NCBI GenBank assembly: GCA_951406725.2
Contig: OX597828.1
Location: 48,112,001 to 48,176,000 of the forward strand
Length of the DNA stretch: 64,000 bases
From: Octopus vulgaris
Lineage: Eukaryota
Reading direction: 5' to 3'
Shown here: positions 1 to 12,199 of the stretch, piece by piece
Layout of the letters: each line of letters starts with the position of its first letter
Numbering within the stretch: position 1 is the stretch's first letter
Notes under the pieces: model-generated
What the model saw: the letters and a program-made list of their open reading frames with translations, nothing else
Databases searched by the model: none
Told to the model about the DNA's origin: nothing
Made by a program: the position numbers and the translations under genes

Positions 1-650
1 TATATATATAAAACCATTCGACTTTAGGTATACTGTGTCTGGAAAATAAGACGGGATGGTCATGGCCGGAATGTGTTTGGTCCTAAGTTTACTTAATCAG
101 GTTTGGACTAGGGCTAAGCACCACTTTCCATACCACCATATCATACCAAAAAGTACTGCACTGCATCATACCATGAGGAAGCCTTTTTTTTAGCTACTTA
201 ACCTGCTAGAAAAGGCAGCCCAATCCCACTTTAACTCCATCCTACCATCTCAAAAAAGTCACAAAGTCACAACATGGACAACAGTTTTGGATATGCAGCT
301 GCCACAATCATCAACATTATCAGTCTAGTTCCCATGCTGCGATGTATTGCATGGGTTCTCTCAGTGTGAGTTAGTTCTTATAAGGCATTACATTCTTCAA
401 TGGGAGATTGAGGGACCACATCTTATTTATACATCTTATTTTGAGCATGGTTGTTTAAGGCAAGCTGCCCTTCCTAGCACTAACTACTTTACAGAATGTA
501 CTGAGTGCATTTACATTATGGCACCATCATTAGGGACATTGTCCACTCCTTGACAGAACAAGACTAAAGGAAGGCCCCCTTCACTGTTCACTTCCCTTCA
601 TATGCCAACCATTTTACAGAATGTATATACATGACATAAGTGTAAGAGGT

Positions 651-1003
651 ATGTGAAAGTGCATGGCTCAGTGGTTAGAGCACTGGGCTCGCAATCATGA
701 GATAGTGAGTTCAATTTCTGGATTGGGTTGTGTGTTGAGTTCTTCAGCAAGACACTTTATTTCACGTTGCTCCAGTTCACTCAGCTGTAGAAATGTGTTG
801 CGACATCACTGGTGCCAAGCTGCATCGGCCATTGCCTTTCCCTAGGACAATATTACAACCCTGGTGGCATGGACAGCGGAGGCTGGTATGCATGGGTGAC
901 TGCTGGTCTTCCATAAAAAACATTGCCTGAATTTGTGTCCCAGAGGGTAACTTTCTAGGTACAACCCCATGGTCATTCATGACCAAAGGAGGTCTTTACT
1001 CTT
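651..1003 (+). mobile_element. tRNA-derived SINE (diverged)
   Basis: A-box TGGCTCAGTGG, B-box-like GAGTTCAATT. Head and body resemble 10762-10870 and 42222-42490. Confidence 0.6.
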
Positions 1004-1469
1004 TATGCATTGTATGAAAATAAAATGGGCTACTTGTGGCTGGAACACAAAATAAAAATAGCAAAAACACACAAGTGTTCAGGTACATTTCCCCTCGGAT
1101 TCACTGAAGTAGTCATGTGTTTCTTTGCTGCGAGCAGCACAAGTACAACACTGGGGAAAGGCCTAGAATAGTAAATAATAGGATCAAAGTATCTGTGTAC
1201 TCTCTTACTTCATGTAATAGCGTGTGTGTGTGTGTGTGTGTGTGTTCATAACTGGAGCTGGACCACATCTGAAAGAGTGGAGAGAGGAAAAGGATGGGGA
1301 GGAGTGAAGGAGAACAACAATAACGGTGGCTGTGTGGCTAAGAAATTTGCTTCCCAACCACATGGTTCTAGTTTTAGATCCAAAGCGTGTGACAGCTTGG
1401 GCAAGTGTCTTCTATAGCCTTGGATCAACAAAAGCCTTGTGAGTGAATCTGCTAGACAGAAACTGAAGC

Positions 1470-1698
1470 TGGTGAGCTGGCAGAAACGTTAGCATGCCAG
1501 GCGAAATGCTTAGCGGTATTTCATCTGCCGCTATGTTCTGAGTTCAAATTCCGCCGAGGTCGACTTTGCTTTTCATCCTTTCGGGATCGATAAATTAAGT
1601 ACCAGTCACACACTGGGGTCGATGTAATCGACTTAATCCGTTTGTGTGTCCTTGTTTGTCCCCTCTATGTTTAGCCCCTTGTAGGCAATAAAGAAATA
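1470..1698 (+). mobile_element. Meta-domain SINE, young copy, inserted into an older SINE with a 12-bp TSD
   Basis: Contains GTCGACTTTGCTTTTCATCCTTTCGGGATCGATAAATTAAGTACCAG (Meta-domain-like core). Flanked by AGAAACTGAAGC at 1458-1469 and 1699-1710. Host SINE spans about 1326-1915. Confidence 0.85.
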
Positions 1699-2258
1699 AG
1701 AAACTGAAGCCGGTTGTGTGTGTGCATGTATCACCTAACACCATTTGACATTTGTTGGTTTGTTTACATCCTCGAAACTAAGTTGTTTGCAAAAGGTTTA
1801 AAGAAACAAGCAAAAAAAAAAAGAAGAGTATTGAGGTCAATTTGTTTGACTAAACCCTTCAAAGTAGTGCCCCAGCATGGCCACAATCCAACTGACTGAA
1901 ATGAAGTCAAGATAAAAACAAAAGATATGACTGTCCAGATCTTATTTATTGGTGATAACTTACTGTAATTTAATCACTGTCAGTTGGTGTAAAAGAACAC
2001 TTTGTTTAAAGTAGGTTACGGTGAAGATTGATAAATGTAAAGGATCAACAGATGGTGGAGAGTAGAGTTTGAATAAGGGAAGTGGAGAGGAAGGGGAAAA
2101 ACACAGAAGACATAGAGGGTGACAGCAGGGGGGAAAGAAATAAGATAAACACAAAAGCATCATCATCATCATTTAACATTCATTTTTCCATACTTGTATG
2201 GGTCAGACAGAATTAACTACATTAATCAAGTACAGATTAACAAACAGCTTCATATATA

Positions 2259-2748
2259 TCAGGTCATCCCATAAGTTCTGTCCGATTTTACCTTTTTTAA
2301 AATTAAACTAATTAAATATTATTTTATAGAATAATATAATTAAAATTTCTTTGATTAAAACCCTTTCTAACATGGAAGTATCCAAAGAGCATTTAAAGAA
2401 TATAATTTATGAGTACAAAAAAGGAAACTCTGCAGCTGAAGTGACTCGAAACATACACTCAGTTTATGGGAAAGAATGCTTGAATGAAAGAACTTGCAGA
2501 AGATGGCTTGTAAAATTCAGAAGTGGAGATTTCAGCCTTGAAGATGGAGATCGAACAAGACGTCCAGTTGAGTTTGATAAGCTCCTTGAGGCATTACTTG
2601 AAGAAAATGCTACATTACCAGTTGAAGAATTGGCAATAAAACTTAGTTCAAACCATACAACTGTTCATTGTCATCTTCAACAACTTGGAAAGGTTCCTAA
2701 ACTTGGAAAATGGGTGCCTCATGAATTGTCCGAAAGCAATCGCAAATT
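2259..2748 (+). mobile_element. mariner (Tc1/mariner) transposon 5' remnant: left TIR plus truncated transposase N-terminus
   Basis: TA followed by TIR-like TCAGGTCATCCCATAAGTTCTGTCCGATTT. ATG 2372 gives MEVSKEHLKNIIYEYKKGNSAAEVTRNIHSVYG...RRWLVKFRSGDFSLED...WVPHEL (HTH domains and WVPHEL motif). The catalytic domain is absent. Confidence 0.92.
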
Positions 2749-3060
2749 TCCTGGTAATACAATATTTCCCCATGACCAGACATGTTTTTATAAAAGACTG
2801 AACATAAAGGAAATCGCTTGCATGAAGGTGACACTCATTTACAACCATCATGTAATGTCAACGGAAGGAGAGGTTAATACATGTACACACACACATACAA
2901 GTTTCTTTTGGTTTCTATCAACCAAATCCAGTCACTTAGGTTTTGGCAGGCTCAGGGTTATAATAGAAGACACTTGCACAAGGTGCCACAGTCAGACTGA
3001 ACTAGAAACCATATGGTTGGTAAGCAAACTTCTTACCACACAACCACACTTACACACATG

Positions 3061-3106
<46 letters not shown>

Positions 3107-4558
3107 TATACAAATATGCAAGTCAATATTAAAATTAGTAAAGTGTTGAAAAGATTTCAGTCGTTATCAATTGTTTGAGAAAATATGTAGAAGTACTGAA
3201 AAGATATGACGGTTGGAGAGCAGTAGAAAATATTGCTTTAGATGTTATGCAGTAAATATGATACAATGAAAAACAAAAGAATGTAAAAGTGTGGATTGAG
3301 AGTTAAAGAAGGAGAGTGAGTGGTTGAGAATGTTAATCTGCTAAATTTGGTTCAGGTGTAGATCTACAACACTTCAGTGGGTACTTACTGAAGTGGTGGC
3401 TTTTCACAAAGAGTTCTGATCTTGACTTTAGATATTTAGATAATTCACAAAATTATTGACGCTATCTAATATGAGTGACTTTTCAGCTCAAATAAATTAC
3501 AAGTTTAAATCTGATCTCATGAAAGAGATGACAAAGGACTGCGACAAGTGATGAGAAGCTGTGCTGGAGGAGGCTTGTCCAACCCATGAAAGCATGGCAA
3601 AACAGACACTAAATGATACTGATGATGATGATGATGATATATAATACTGTGCATGCTTTATCTAAGTAAGAATGAATGATATTTATGTGTACAAGGGTAA
3701 ATGTTTAGCCAGGCACATATACTAGTATGTGTGCGTGTATGCATATATATATACATGTATTTAATAATGTATATGTATATGTGTGTAATGCATGCATGTA
3801 TATGTATGTGGGCATGAATGTGTGTATCTATATATATGGATGTGTGCATATGTGTGTCTATGTATGTGTCTACGTGTATGTGGAGTATATGTGTCTATGT
3901 ATATGTGTGCCTATGAATATGTATATACGTGTCTAGGCATGTATATGTGTCTATATAACCATGTATGTATGTATGCAGGTGGTGACTATGCTATGAATAT
4001 GTGTACACACTAGTTCAATGCAAACCATGATTATGTGAAATTTTATCTGCTACCCCCATATCTCACCCAACTGACCACACCTCCAGCAGTCATAGACCTA
4101 CCCACCCATCCATCCCTCCATCTTCCCGCCCACTCACCAGATATTACCACAGAGACACAGGCAAACAGACAGACACACACACACACACACAGAGAAAGAG
4201 AGAGTGGGGTGGGATGGTGCAAAAAAAAGGGAAGAGGGGGGGCGAGATAATGGAAACTAGACAATAATAGAGATGGTGTCAAAATCAAATATACAATCTT
4301 GTCTTCCAGTTAATCCTCTTATCCTACCCCCCACCCCACCATCTCCAACTCCATCACCACCTCTACAAAGTGTTAATGAAATGCAGAGGTATAATGAAGT
4401 ATGGTTGTATTTAGTGTGTGTGTGTGTTTACATACACATACATGTGCAAGCTACATACACCACACAGACTCACATTCATAAACAAACTACCATGCATCTG
4501 TGATAAAACCAGCATGGGCTGGAGAGAGGGAGATAGAAAGAGGAAGAGAGAGGGGAAG

Positions 4559-4589
<31 letters not shown>

Positions 4590-5240
4590 CACACAAACAC
4601 ACACACTGAGGAAGAAATGTGCACATAGCATGCATAGTGTGTGAGGGAGTGAATGACTTTGTAGTATACCCAGTTGTATGTCAGACACACACACACACAC
4701 ACACACAATTATTCGGAGTATCTGATTAGAAATGTCCCATTCAGCTTCCTCATTGCCCACATACAACATCAACATCCAAGGCCTACAGGGCCACCAATGA
4801 GCTGTGCCTTCTCCTAAACTTACCTGCAACCACTACTATAACAGTCTCTTCTCTACATTCTCACTAATTAATCCCACCACCTCCCTCCTTCACTTCCTCT
4901 CCACACAATACAACTACCTTTCTTTTACCTTCTTCCCTCCCATACTACATCTACCATTGAAGTTTTACAATCATGTCCTATACATTGAACACCCAGCCTA
5001 ATTCTGATACAGAACTATTCTCTCTCTCCCCCTGCAGTACCCCACATACTCTAGTTAATTTATTTAAAAAAAAACCCAAAAAACAGTAAGAGTAAAAAAA
5101 AAAATTGTTAGAATTCTAGGTGAAATGCTTTGTGGCATTTAGTTACGGCTTTTAATTTATTGTTTTCATCCCTCAGGGGTTTGGGAAATCTACTAATATT
5201 TTCCCCTCAAAATTGCTGGTATTCTTTTATTCTTTTTTTT

Positions 5241-5438
5241 TCTTTTATTTGTTTCAGTCATTTGACTGCGGCCATGCTGGAGCACTGCCTTTAGTCGAGC
5301 AAATTGACCCCGGGACTTATTCTTTGTAAGCCCAGTACTTATTCTATCGGTATCTTTTGCCAAACCGCTAAGTGACGGGGACATAAACACACCAGCATCG
5401 GTTGTCAAGCAATGCTAGGGGGACAAACACACACACAT

Positions 5439-5495
<57 letters not shown>

Positions 5496-5657
5496 ACAGG
5501 CTTCTTTCAGTTTCCATCTACCAAATCCACTCACAAGGCATTGGTCGGCCCGGGGCTATAGCAGAAGACACTTGCCCAAGATGCCACGCAGTGGGACTGA
5601 ACCCGGAACCATGTGGTTGGTTAGCAAGCTACTTACCACACAGCCACTCCTGCGCCT
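5241..5657 (-). mobile_element. young tRNA-derived SINE with internal (TA)n/(TG)n (family A)
   Basis: Reverse complement of GGCGCAGGAGTGGCTGTGTGG...GGTTCAGTCCC...GACTGAAACAAATAAAAG. Near-identical to the other family A copies. Confidence 0.9.
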
Positions 5658-5707
5658 GTTATCTTAATTATTATTATTATTATTATTATTATTATCGCCA
5701 TCATCAT

Positions 5708-6163
5708 TCAGGTGGTGAGCTGGCAGAGTTGTCAGCATGCTGGACGAAATGCTTAGCGATATTTCGCCCATCGCTATGTTCTGAGTTCAAATTCTGCTGA
5801 TATTGACTTTGCTTTCCATCCTTTCGGGGTTGATAAATTAAGTACCAGTGAAACACTGGCATCGATGTAATTAACTAGTTCCCTCCCCACAAATTTCAGG
5901 CCTTGGACCTATAGTAGAAAGGATTATTATTATCGTCATCATCAAAGGTGATGAGTTGGCGGAATTGTTAGCAAGCTGTGCAAAATGCTTAGTGGCATTT
6001 AGTTCATCTTCACATTCTGAGTTCAAATTCCAACGAGGGCTACTTTACTTTTCATCCTTTCTGGGATTAATAAAATGAGTCTCAGTTGAGTACTGGGGTT
6101 GATGTAATCGACTTAACCCCTCCCCTGAGGTTGCTGGACCTGTGCCAATATTTGAAAGCACTA

Positions 6164-6194
<31 letters not shown>

Positions 6195-6195
6195 C
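5708..6195 (+). mobile_element. two head-to-tail Meta-domain SINEs
   Basis: Repeated GGTGAGCTGGCAG...TTCTGAGTTCAAATT...TTTCATCCTTT...AGTACCAG units separated by (ATT)n/(ATC)n. Confidence 0.8.
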
Positions 6196-7762
6196 ATTTC
6201 TAAAATTGGCACAAGCCACAAATATTGGGTTGAGCAGATATAATTGATATGTTGGACCTCAGTACATAACTGGTACTTATTCTATTGCTTTTTCTCTGTC
6301 TACTTGGAGAATTAATAATACAAATATTTCGACTACTAATAACAATAGGTGCAAAAATGACCACATGGTCAAGAAGTTTACTCCTCAAGCATGTGACTTT
6401 GGGTTCAGTCCCATTGCATGACGCCTTAGGCAAGTGTTTTCTACTAGAATCTTAGCCTGACCAAAGCCTTGAGAGTGAATTTGGTGGATGGAAACTGAAG
6501 GAAGACCATCATGAGATACATACATATGCGTTTGTTTTTCTGCTTTTTGTCTTGACATCGTGCAATAGTTGTAAACGAGTGTCTGTCAGGAAAGCAATAT
6601 CAATTGCATCCAATCTTCCATGGAAACATGCCAAATTGGGATGCGGGTAGGAATAATACCTTGCTTCGAAACAAAAGATGGATGACAAAAGGAAGGGCAT
6701 CCAGCTGTAGATAAAACACCTCAACGAATTCTGTCTAACCCATGCAAGCATGGAAAAGTGGATGTTAAAACAATAATGACGATGATATTTCTGCTTTAGG
6801 CACAAGGCCATCAATTTTAACAGGAGGGTGAGTAGTCAATACAAATGACCCCAGTGCTTTACTGGCATTTAATTTTATGGACATCAAAGAGATGAAAGAC
6901 TAAGTTGACCTTGGTAGGTCAACAAATATCACAAATCATTTTTCTCATGTTGTATCAATTCTACCCAGCTAACTTCCTCCTCCTCCTAATAATAATAATC
7001 GTTTCTTTTGAATGTACAAGGAGTGAAATTTTTGGGGAAGGGGTCTAGTCGGTTGCATCGACCCCAGTGTTTCACTGGTACTTAATTTATCGACCCTGAG
7101 AAGATGAAAGGCAAAGTCAACCTTGGCAGAATTTGAACTTAGAACATAAAGCTGGACAAAATTCAGCAAAGCATTTTGTCGAACAGGTTAATGATTCTAC
7201 CAGCTCACCACCTTAATAATAATCAAATAATTATTGTTCCTAATGTCATGCACATTGCTTTCCCTCCTGACTAAAAATTTACAAATAAAAAAAACAAAAA
7301 AAAATTAAATTCACAAACCCAAATCATTGGTGGGGCTGGGAGGGGTAGTTGATTAAATGAACTCCCAATACTTGATTGGTTCTTCTTCGTTATTTTATTG
7401 ACCCATGCCCACCAAGGATGAATAGCAAAACTGACCTCTGAGATTTGAACTTGGGAGGCAATAACAATAAGGATGTTCTTAGTTCAAATCTTGCAGCAGC
7501 CTACTTCACCTTTCACTCTTCCAAGAGTCAATAAGATCAAGTACCACTGGTCAAGTACCAAGTCAAAACAAACGGATTAACCCTTCTCTTCAAATTGCCA
7601 GTGTTAGAATTTCATTTTGACTAGTATTACATGACAGAGCCAGCTGAGCATCCTACAAAATGATACTGCACTTTGCTACATTTTCTTTTAGTTCAGAGTT
7701 CAAATCATGCTGGGGTTGATTTTTTGACTTCCACTCTTCCAGATCTGATAAAATAAATACCT

Positions 7763-7994
7763 ATTTCTTTGTTGCCCACAAGGGGCTAAACATAGAGGGG
7801 GCAAACAAAGACAGACATAGGTATTAAGTCGATTACATCAACCCCAGTGCGTAACTGGTACTTAATTTATCGACCCCGAAAGGATGAAAGGCAAAGTCGA
7901 CTTCAGCGGAATTTGAACTCACAACGTTGCGCCAGACGAAATACCGCTAAGCATTTCGCCTGGCACGCTAACGTTTCTGCCAGCTCGCTGCCTT
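7763..7994 (-). mobile_element. young Meta-domain SINE with 17-bp TSD, nested in an older Meta-SINE
   Basis: TSD TGATAAAATAAATACCT at 7746-7762 and 7995-8011. Confidence 0.88.
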
Positions 7995-8157
7995 TGATAA
8001 AATAAATACCTGTCATACACTGGGGTTGATTAAAGAGCTACAGGTCTGCAAACATACACATGCATGTCCACAGTGCTTAGTGCGCATATAGTGGTCAATG
8101 TATGTGTATAGTGGTTGGTATATGTGTTCATATGTGTATGTATGTGTGGTTGTGCAG

Positions 8158-8193
<36 letters not shown>

Positions 8194-8852
8194 TGGTTAA
8201 TGGTGTGCATTGCTGTCAGTGCAGACATTTGATCAAAGACAGTCCAGCTAAGACCACTCCCTCTTTTTTTTCGGGATATGTCTAGTATCAAATTATCCAA
8301 TGTGTCCTTTCCTTACTTAAGCTGGTCACGTGATTTGAAGGGCATTTACTCTCTGTTTCTAGCAGCTCAAAGCTCTCCCTTTAGCTTGTAAAGTGTTGTG
8401 AAGTAGTTTGTGCTTTAAATAGGTGTGTGTGTGTGTAAGAAAGATGGAGGTGATGATGATGATGATGAGTATAATAAGAACATAAACAAAAACCTCCACC
8501 TTGTTTTCCATCCTTGATTGAAAAGTAGCAAAGGTCAGGGGTGAGATGTAGAAAGAGGAGTGGGAGGAGGAGAAGGAGCAAATGGATAGGTAGGGAGAGT
8601 TAAGTGTATTAAAAGGGACAAGAAGCAACAAGTCTGGTCGGAGATGGGACTAGATGTACAAGTGGTAGTGGCAGTAGTGAAAGTAGTGACGGTGGTAGCA
8701 TAGGTGAGGATGGTGGTGGTGGTGGTGTTGATGGCATAGCAAAGAACGGATAGTTGAAGAGGAGGAGGAGGTGGTTGTTGTTGGCGATGACGGTGGTGCA
8801 GTTGACAGAAAGCATCGATTCTAATGCAACAACATGTAAGCCAGTTGCTTGC

Positions 8853-8894
<42 letters not shown>

Positions 8895-9159
8895 TGGAGG
8901 AAGAGACTGGAAGAGACAGAGAGGGAAAGGAAAGGAATGAATGGGTATTGTGTGACACAATCAGGTTGTGGACTGAGACAAGCTAATCAAAGGATATTAT
9001 GAAGACGGTGAAGAGAAGAAAGGTAAGGCAATGCCGGAATAGCCTCAGGTTGTCGGCCATCTTCCAAAATAAGCCTAAGTCAGAGTGATCCGGACAGCCG
9101 AAGTCAGTGTGATCTGGCAATCCATTCAACCAATCTCTGCCAAACTTAGCCACCCAGCT

Positions 9160-9445
9160 AGCTTGATCAATCCATCAATCCATCCATCCATCCATCTATC
9201 CATCCAGCCAACCAACCAATCAACCAACCAGCTAAACAAGCCAGCCAACCAGTCACAATTACTCCAGCCTGCCAATCCAATCTGGTGTAATCCAGCCAGT
9301 GTGATCCAGCCAGCAATAACCAGTGTGTGATCCAGCTAGGCAAGCCAACCAGCCAATCTCCAACCCAAACGGAGCAATCCATCTAATCCTATCCAACCAG
9401 TACCACCACTATCGACCACCACCACCACCACCACCACCACCACCT
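9160..9445. repeat. (CCAT)/(CCAA)/(CCAG) degenerate tetranucleotide repeats and (CCA)n
   Basis: Seen directly. Confidence 0.8.
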
Positions 9446-10094
9446 CTTTCTCTAATAGCCAAGAATATATGTTTTGGTCTGTTTCCTTCACGACTTACAT
9501 AACGTTGAATCTAAGCCAAACAACTATGCAGGCCAAGCTCTGCTGCTGCTGCTGTTGTTGTTACTGCCACTGTTGCTGCTGCTGCAGTTTGCAAGGCTGG
9601 CTGCAGAGTTAGTTGTTGCACTGGTGCAATTAAAAAGGTGGTGGTGGGGGAGGGAAGAAAGCAAAAAAAAAAAAAGAAAAAAAAGAAGCGTAAGTAAAAA
9701 CAAAAAGAAAAGAAAGAGAAAAACAGAAACTGAAAGTATTCCACAGTCAAATCGAAATGAAAGCTTTCAACGACAAAACTGATAGATAAAAATATTATGG
9801 TGTGAGAAGACTAAACTAATGCATCGAAAACATAATAATAATAATAATGATGATAATAATAAGCGTCTGTTATTGATTTGGTCGTTAAAGTTGAAAGAGA
9901 GATTTGTACACTGAGTCACTGACAGCAAAATTACTTTTCTAACCCAGCATGCATTAAATATAAGCTTGACTTAGCACAGCTGTGGTAGTTAAATGAGTAG
10001 GGGGTAGGGTTGTTGCTGTAGTTGTTGTCTAGGCCCAGACTGATGTTTAGCTCAAATGCATTCCTGCCATGACCATATCACATAATATATATAT

Positions 10095-10488
10095 TCTTTT
10101 ATTTGTTTCAGTCATTTGATTGCGGCCATGCTGGAGCACCGCCTTTAGTCGAGCAAATCGACCCCGGGACTTATTCTTTGTAAGCCCAGTACTTATTCTT
10201 TCGTTCTCTTTTGCCGAACCGCTAAGTGACGGGGACGTAAACACACCAGCATCGGTTGTCAAGCAATGCTAGGGGGACAAACACAGACATACACACACAC
10301 ACACACACACAAAAATATATATATATATACATATATACGACAGGCTTCTTTCAGTTTCCGTCTACCAAATCCACTCACAAGGCATTGGTTGGCCCGGGGC
10401 TATAGCAGAAGACACTTGCCCACGATGCCACGCAGCGGAACCATGTGGTTGGTTAGCAAGCTACTTACCACACAGCCACTCCTGCGCC
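10095..10488 (-). mobile_element. family A SINE
   Basis: Near-identical to 5241-5657 and 23627-24072, with a small deletion in the B-box region. Confidence 0.9.
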
Positions 10489-11379
10489 TATATATATATA
10501 GGACAAACATCTATTTCCTTCTAACCTTTTTTCTTCTTTTTTAAACATGGTGTGATTTGACGGAGACTTGGTAGCGCTTTCTAGCAGATTGAGTGACCAC
10601 ATAACAGCTTTTTCCTTAGCTTGAGTGAATGAGTTTGTACAGGTGCGGTCGTTAAAAAGAAGATAGCCCACGATTATGGTAAATACTGGCTACAGTGGCA
10701 GTCATAGATCTCTTACAGATGTGGAAGCTATAGGCTTCAGCCACACCTGTATTATGTAGAGTGTGAAGGTGCATGGATTAGTGGTTAGGGTGTTGCACTG
10801 CATTCACAATTGCTGGATCATGGGTTCAAATTCCAGACCAGGCAGCACATTGTGTTCTTGAACAAAAAAACACTTCCTTTCATATTGCTTTGTGGGTGGG
10901 AGAGTGGCAGAATCGTTGACATGTTGGCAGGAATGCTTTATGGTATATCTTTCAGCTCTTTATATTTGAGTTCAAATCCCACCTGCCTGGAGAAGGCAAC
11001 AGGAAACCACTCCAGTTTTAATCCTAAGTCTTGTCATGGCAGCTGAAGTCCCAGTAATCTATTTAGTGGTGGCATAGGAAGGGTACCGGCCTTCCCGGGT
11101 CATTTAGAGAGTACAGAAGAAGGCTTACATGCACAGGACCTATTCAAGGGCAGACCACCACTAGAAGAGATTATGTAGAGTAACCACAGCTGTGATATTC
11201 ACAGTATATCTATAACTGTACATGGCCACGTATGTACTATTACCATAGCTAAGATACAGTATTACAAAGGCTATTTTAGTTGAAAGCCATCATCTCATTG
11301 TTACTGGTGATGCATGAAGGGCAGGTTTTTATGGACAGATCTGTCAGGGATCACACAAGTTTAACATTTTAGCATTTAA

Positions 11380-11599
11380 CCCTTTAGCATTCAAACCGGC
11401 CATATCTGGTCAAAATATTTAACCTGTTTTATATTGAAACTGACCAGATCTCGCCTCTCACCTCAGCCCTACCATGTCATTCTAAAACTAAAAAATCACG
11501 CCACCGAAATCTCTAAACTACAAGATAATGCATGATTAATTCAAACCATTTTAAATAAACAAACATCACATTTGACAGAATAATCTGAACACTAAAGGA
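11380..11599. mobile_element. piggyBac-like MITE (inner copy)
   Basis: TTAA|CCCTTTAGCATTC...GAACACTAAAGGA|TTAA; TTAA duplicated at 11376-11379 and 11600-11603. Confidence 0.85.
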
Positions 11600-11610
11600 T
11601 TAAACCAGCC

Positions 11611-11910
11611 TACCCTCTGTTGGTTCGAGGAGCACAACTGTTCAACTCCATTCCGGTACATGTCAGAAATCTATCAGGATGCAGTGTGGAATCATTCAAA
11701 TTGCAACTGGATAGATACTTAAGCACCATTAGAGATGAACCCCATCTCCCAGGATATACACAACGAGCACAAACTGACTCAAACTCGCTCCTACACATGT
11801 CAAATTTAAGCAGAGAATACAACCTGGCAACCACACCAGACTCTGAGGGTGGAGTCTTCGACTTGGCCTGAGCATGGACTCAAACCCAAATGAAATGAAA
11901 TGAAATGAAA
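11611..11910 (+). mobile_element. 5'-truncated CR1/Jockey-group LINE 3' end with (GAAAT)n tail
   Basis: Open frame VRGAQLFNSIPVHVRNLSGCSVESFKLQLDRYLSTIRDEP resembles the LINE ORF2 C-terminus (WN/FN-xLP...FKxxLDxFL). Short 3' UTR and a pentanucleotide tail follow. Confidence 0.8.
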
Positions 11911-12199
11911 TATCTGATTGAAATATTCTATTTGTTTTTAATGTTCAAAATGACCAGATCTGGCCTATCACACCTACCCTATAGTGTCATTCTAAAAACA
12001 GACAAACACATCATCAAAATCTTGAAGCTACAATATAATGCACGACTAATTCAAAACAATGTGAATGAATAAGCATTACATTTGACAGAGAAATCTGAAT
12101 GCAAAAGGATTAAAGCCAAAAATCTATCATTATTGCAAGGTTACTACGACTGGGTAATTAACCAGAGATTTTATGTACTTGGAAGTCAGGTCTGTACAA

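Larger units (their letters stand above)
11365..12109. mobile_element. piggyBac-like MITE (outer copy), interrupted by a second MITE copy and a LINE fragment
   Basis: TTAA flanks at 11361-11364 and 12110-12113. Internal sequence matches the 32567-32787 copy once the inserts are removed. Confidence 0.75.

Noticed and set aside
9452-9498. 47-nt GT...AG mini-intron after the candidate exon
   Set aside because: Very short, with a weak pyrimidine tract; no supporting reading frame.
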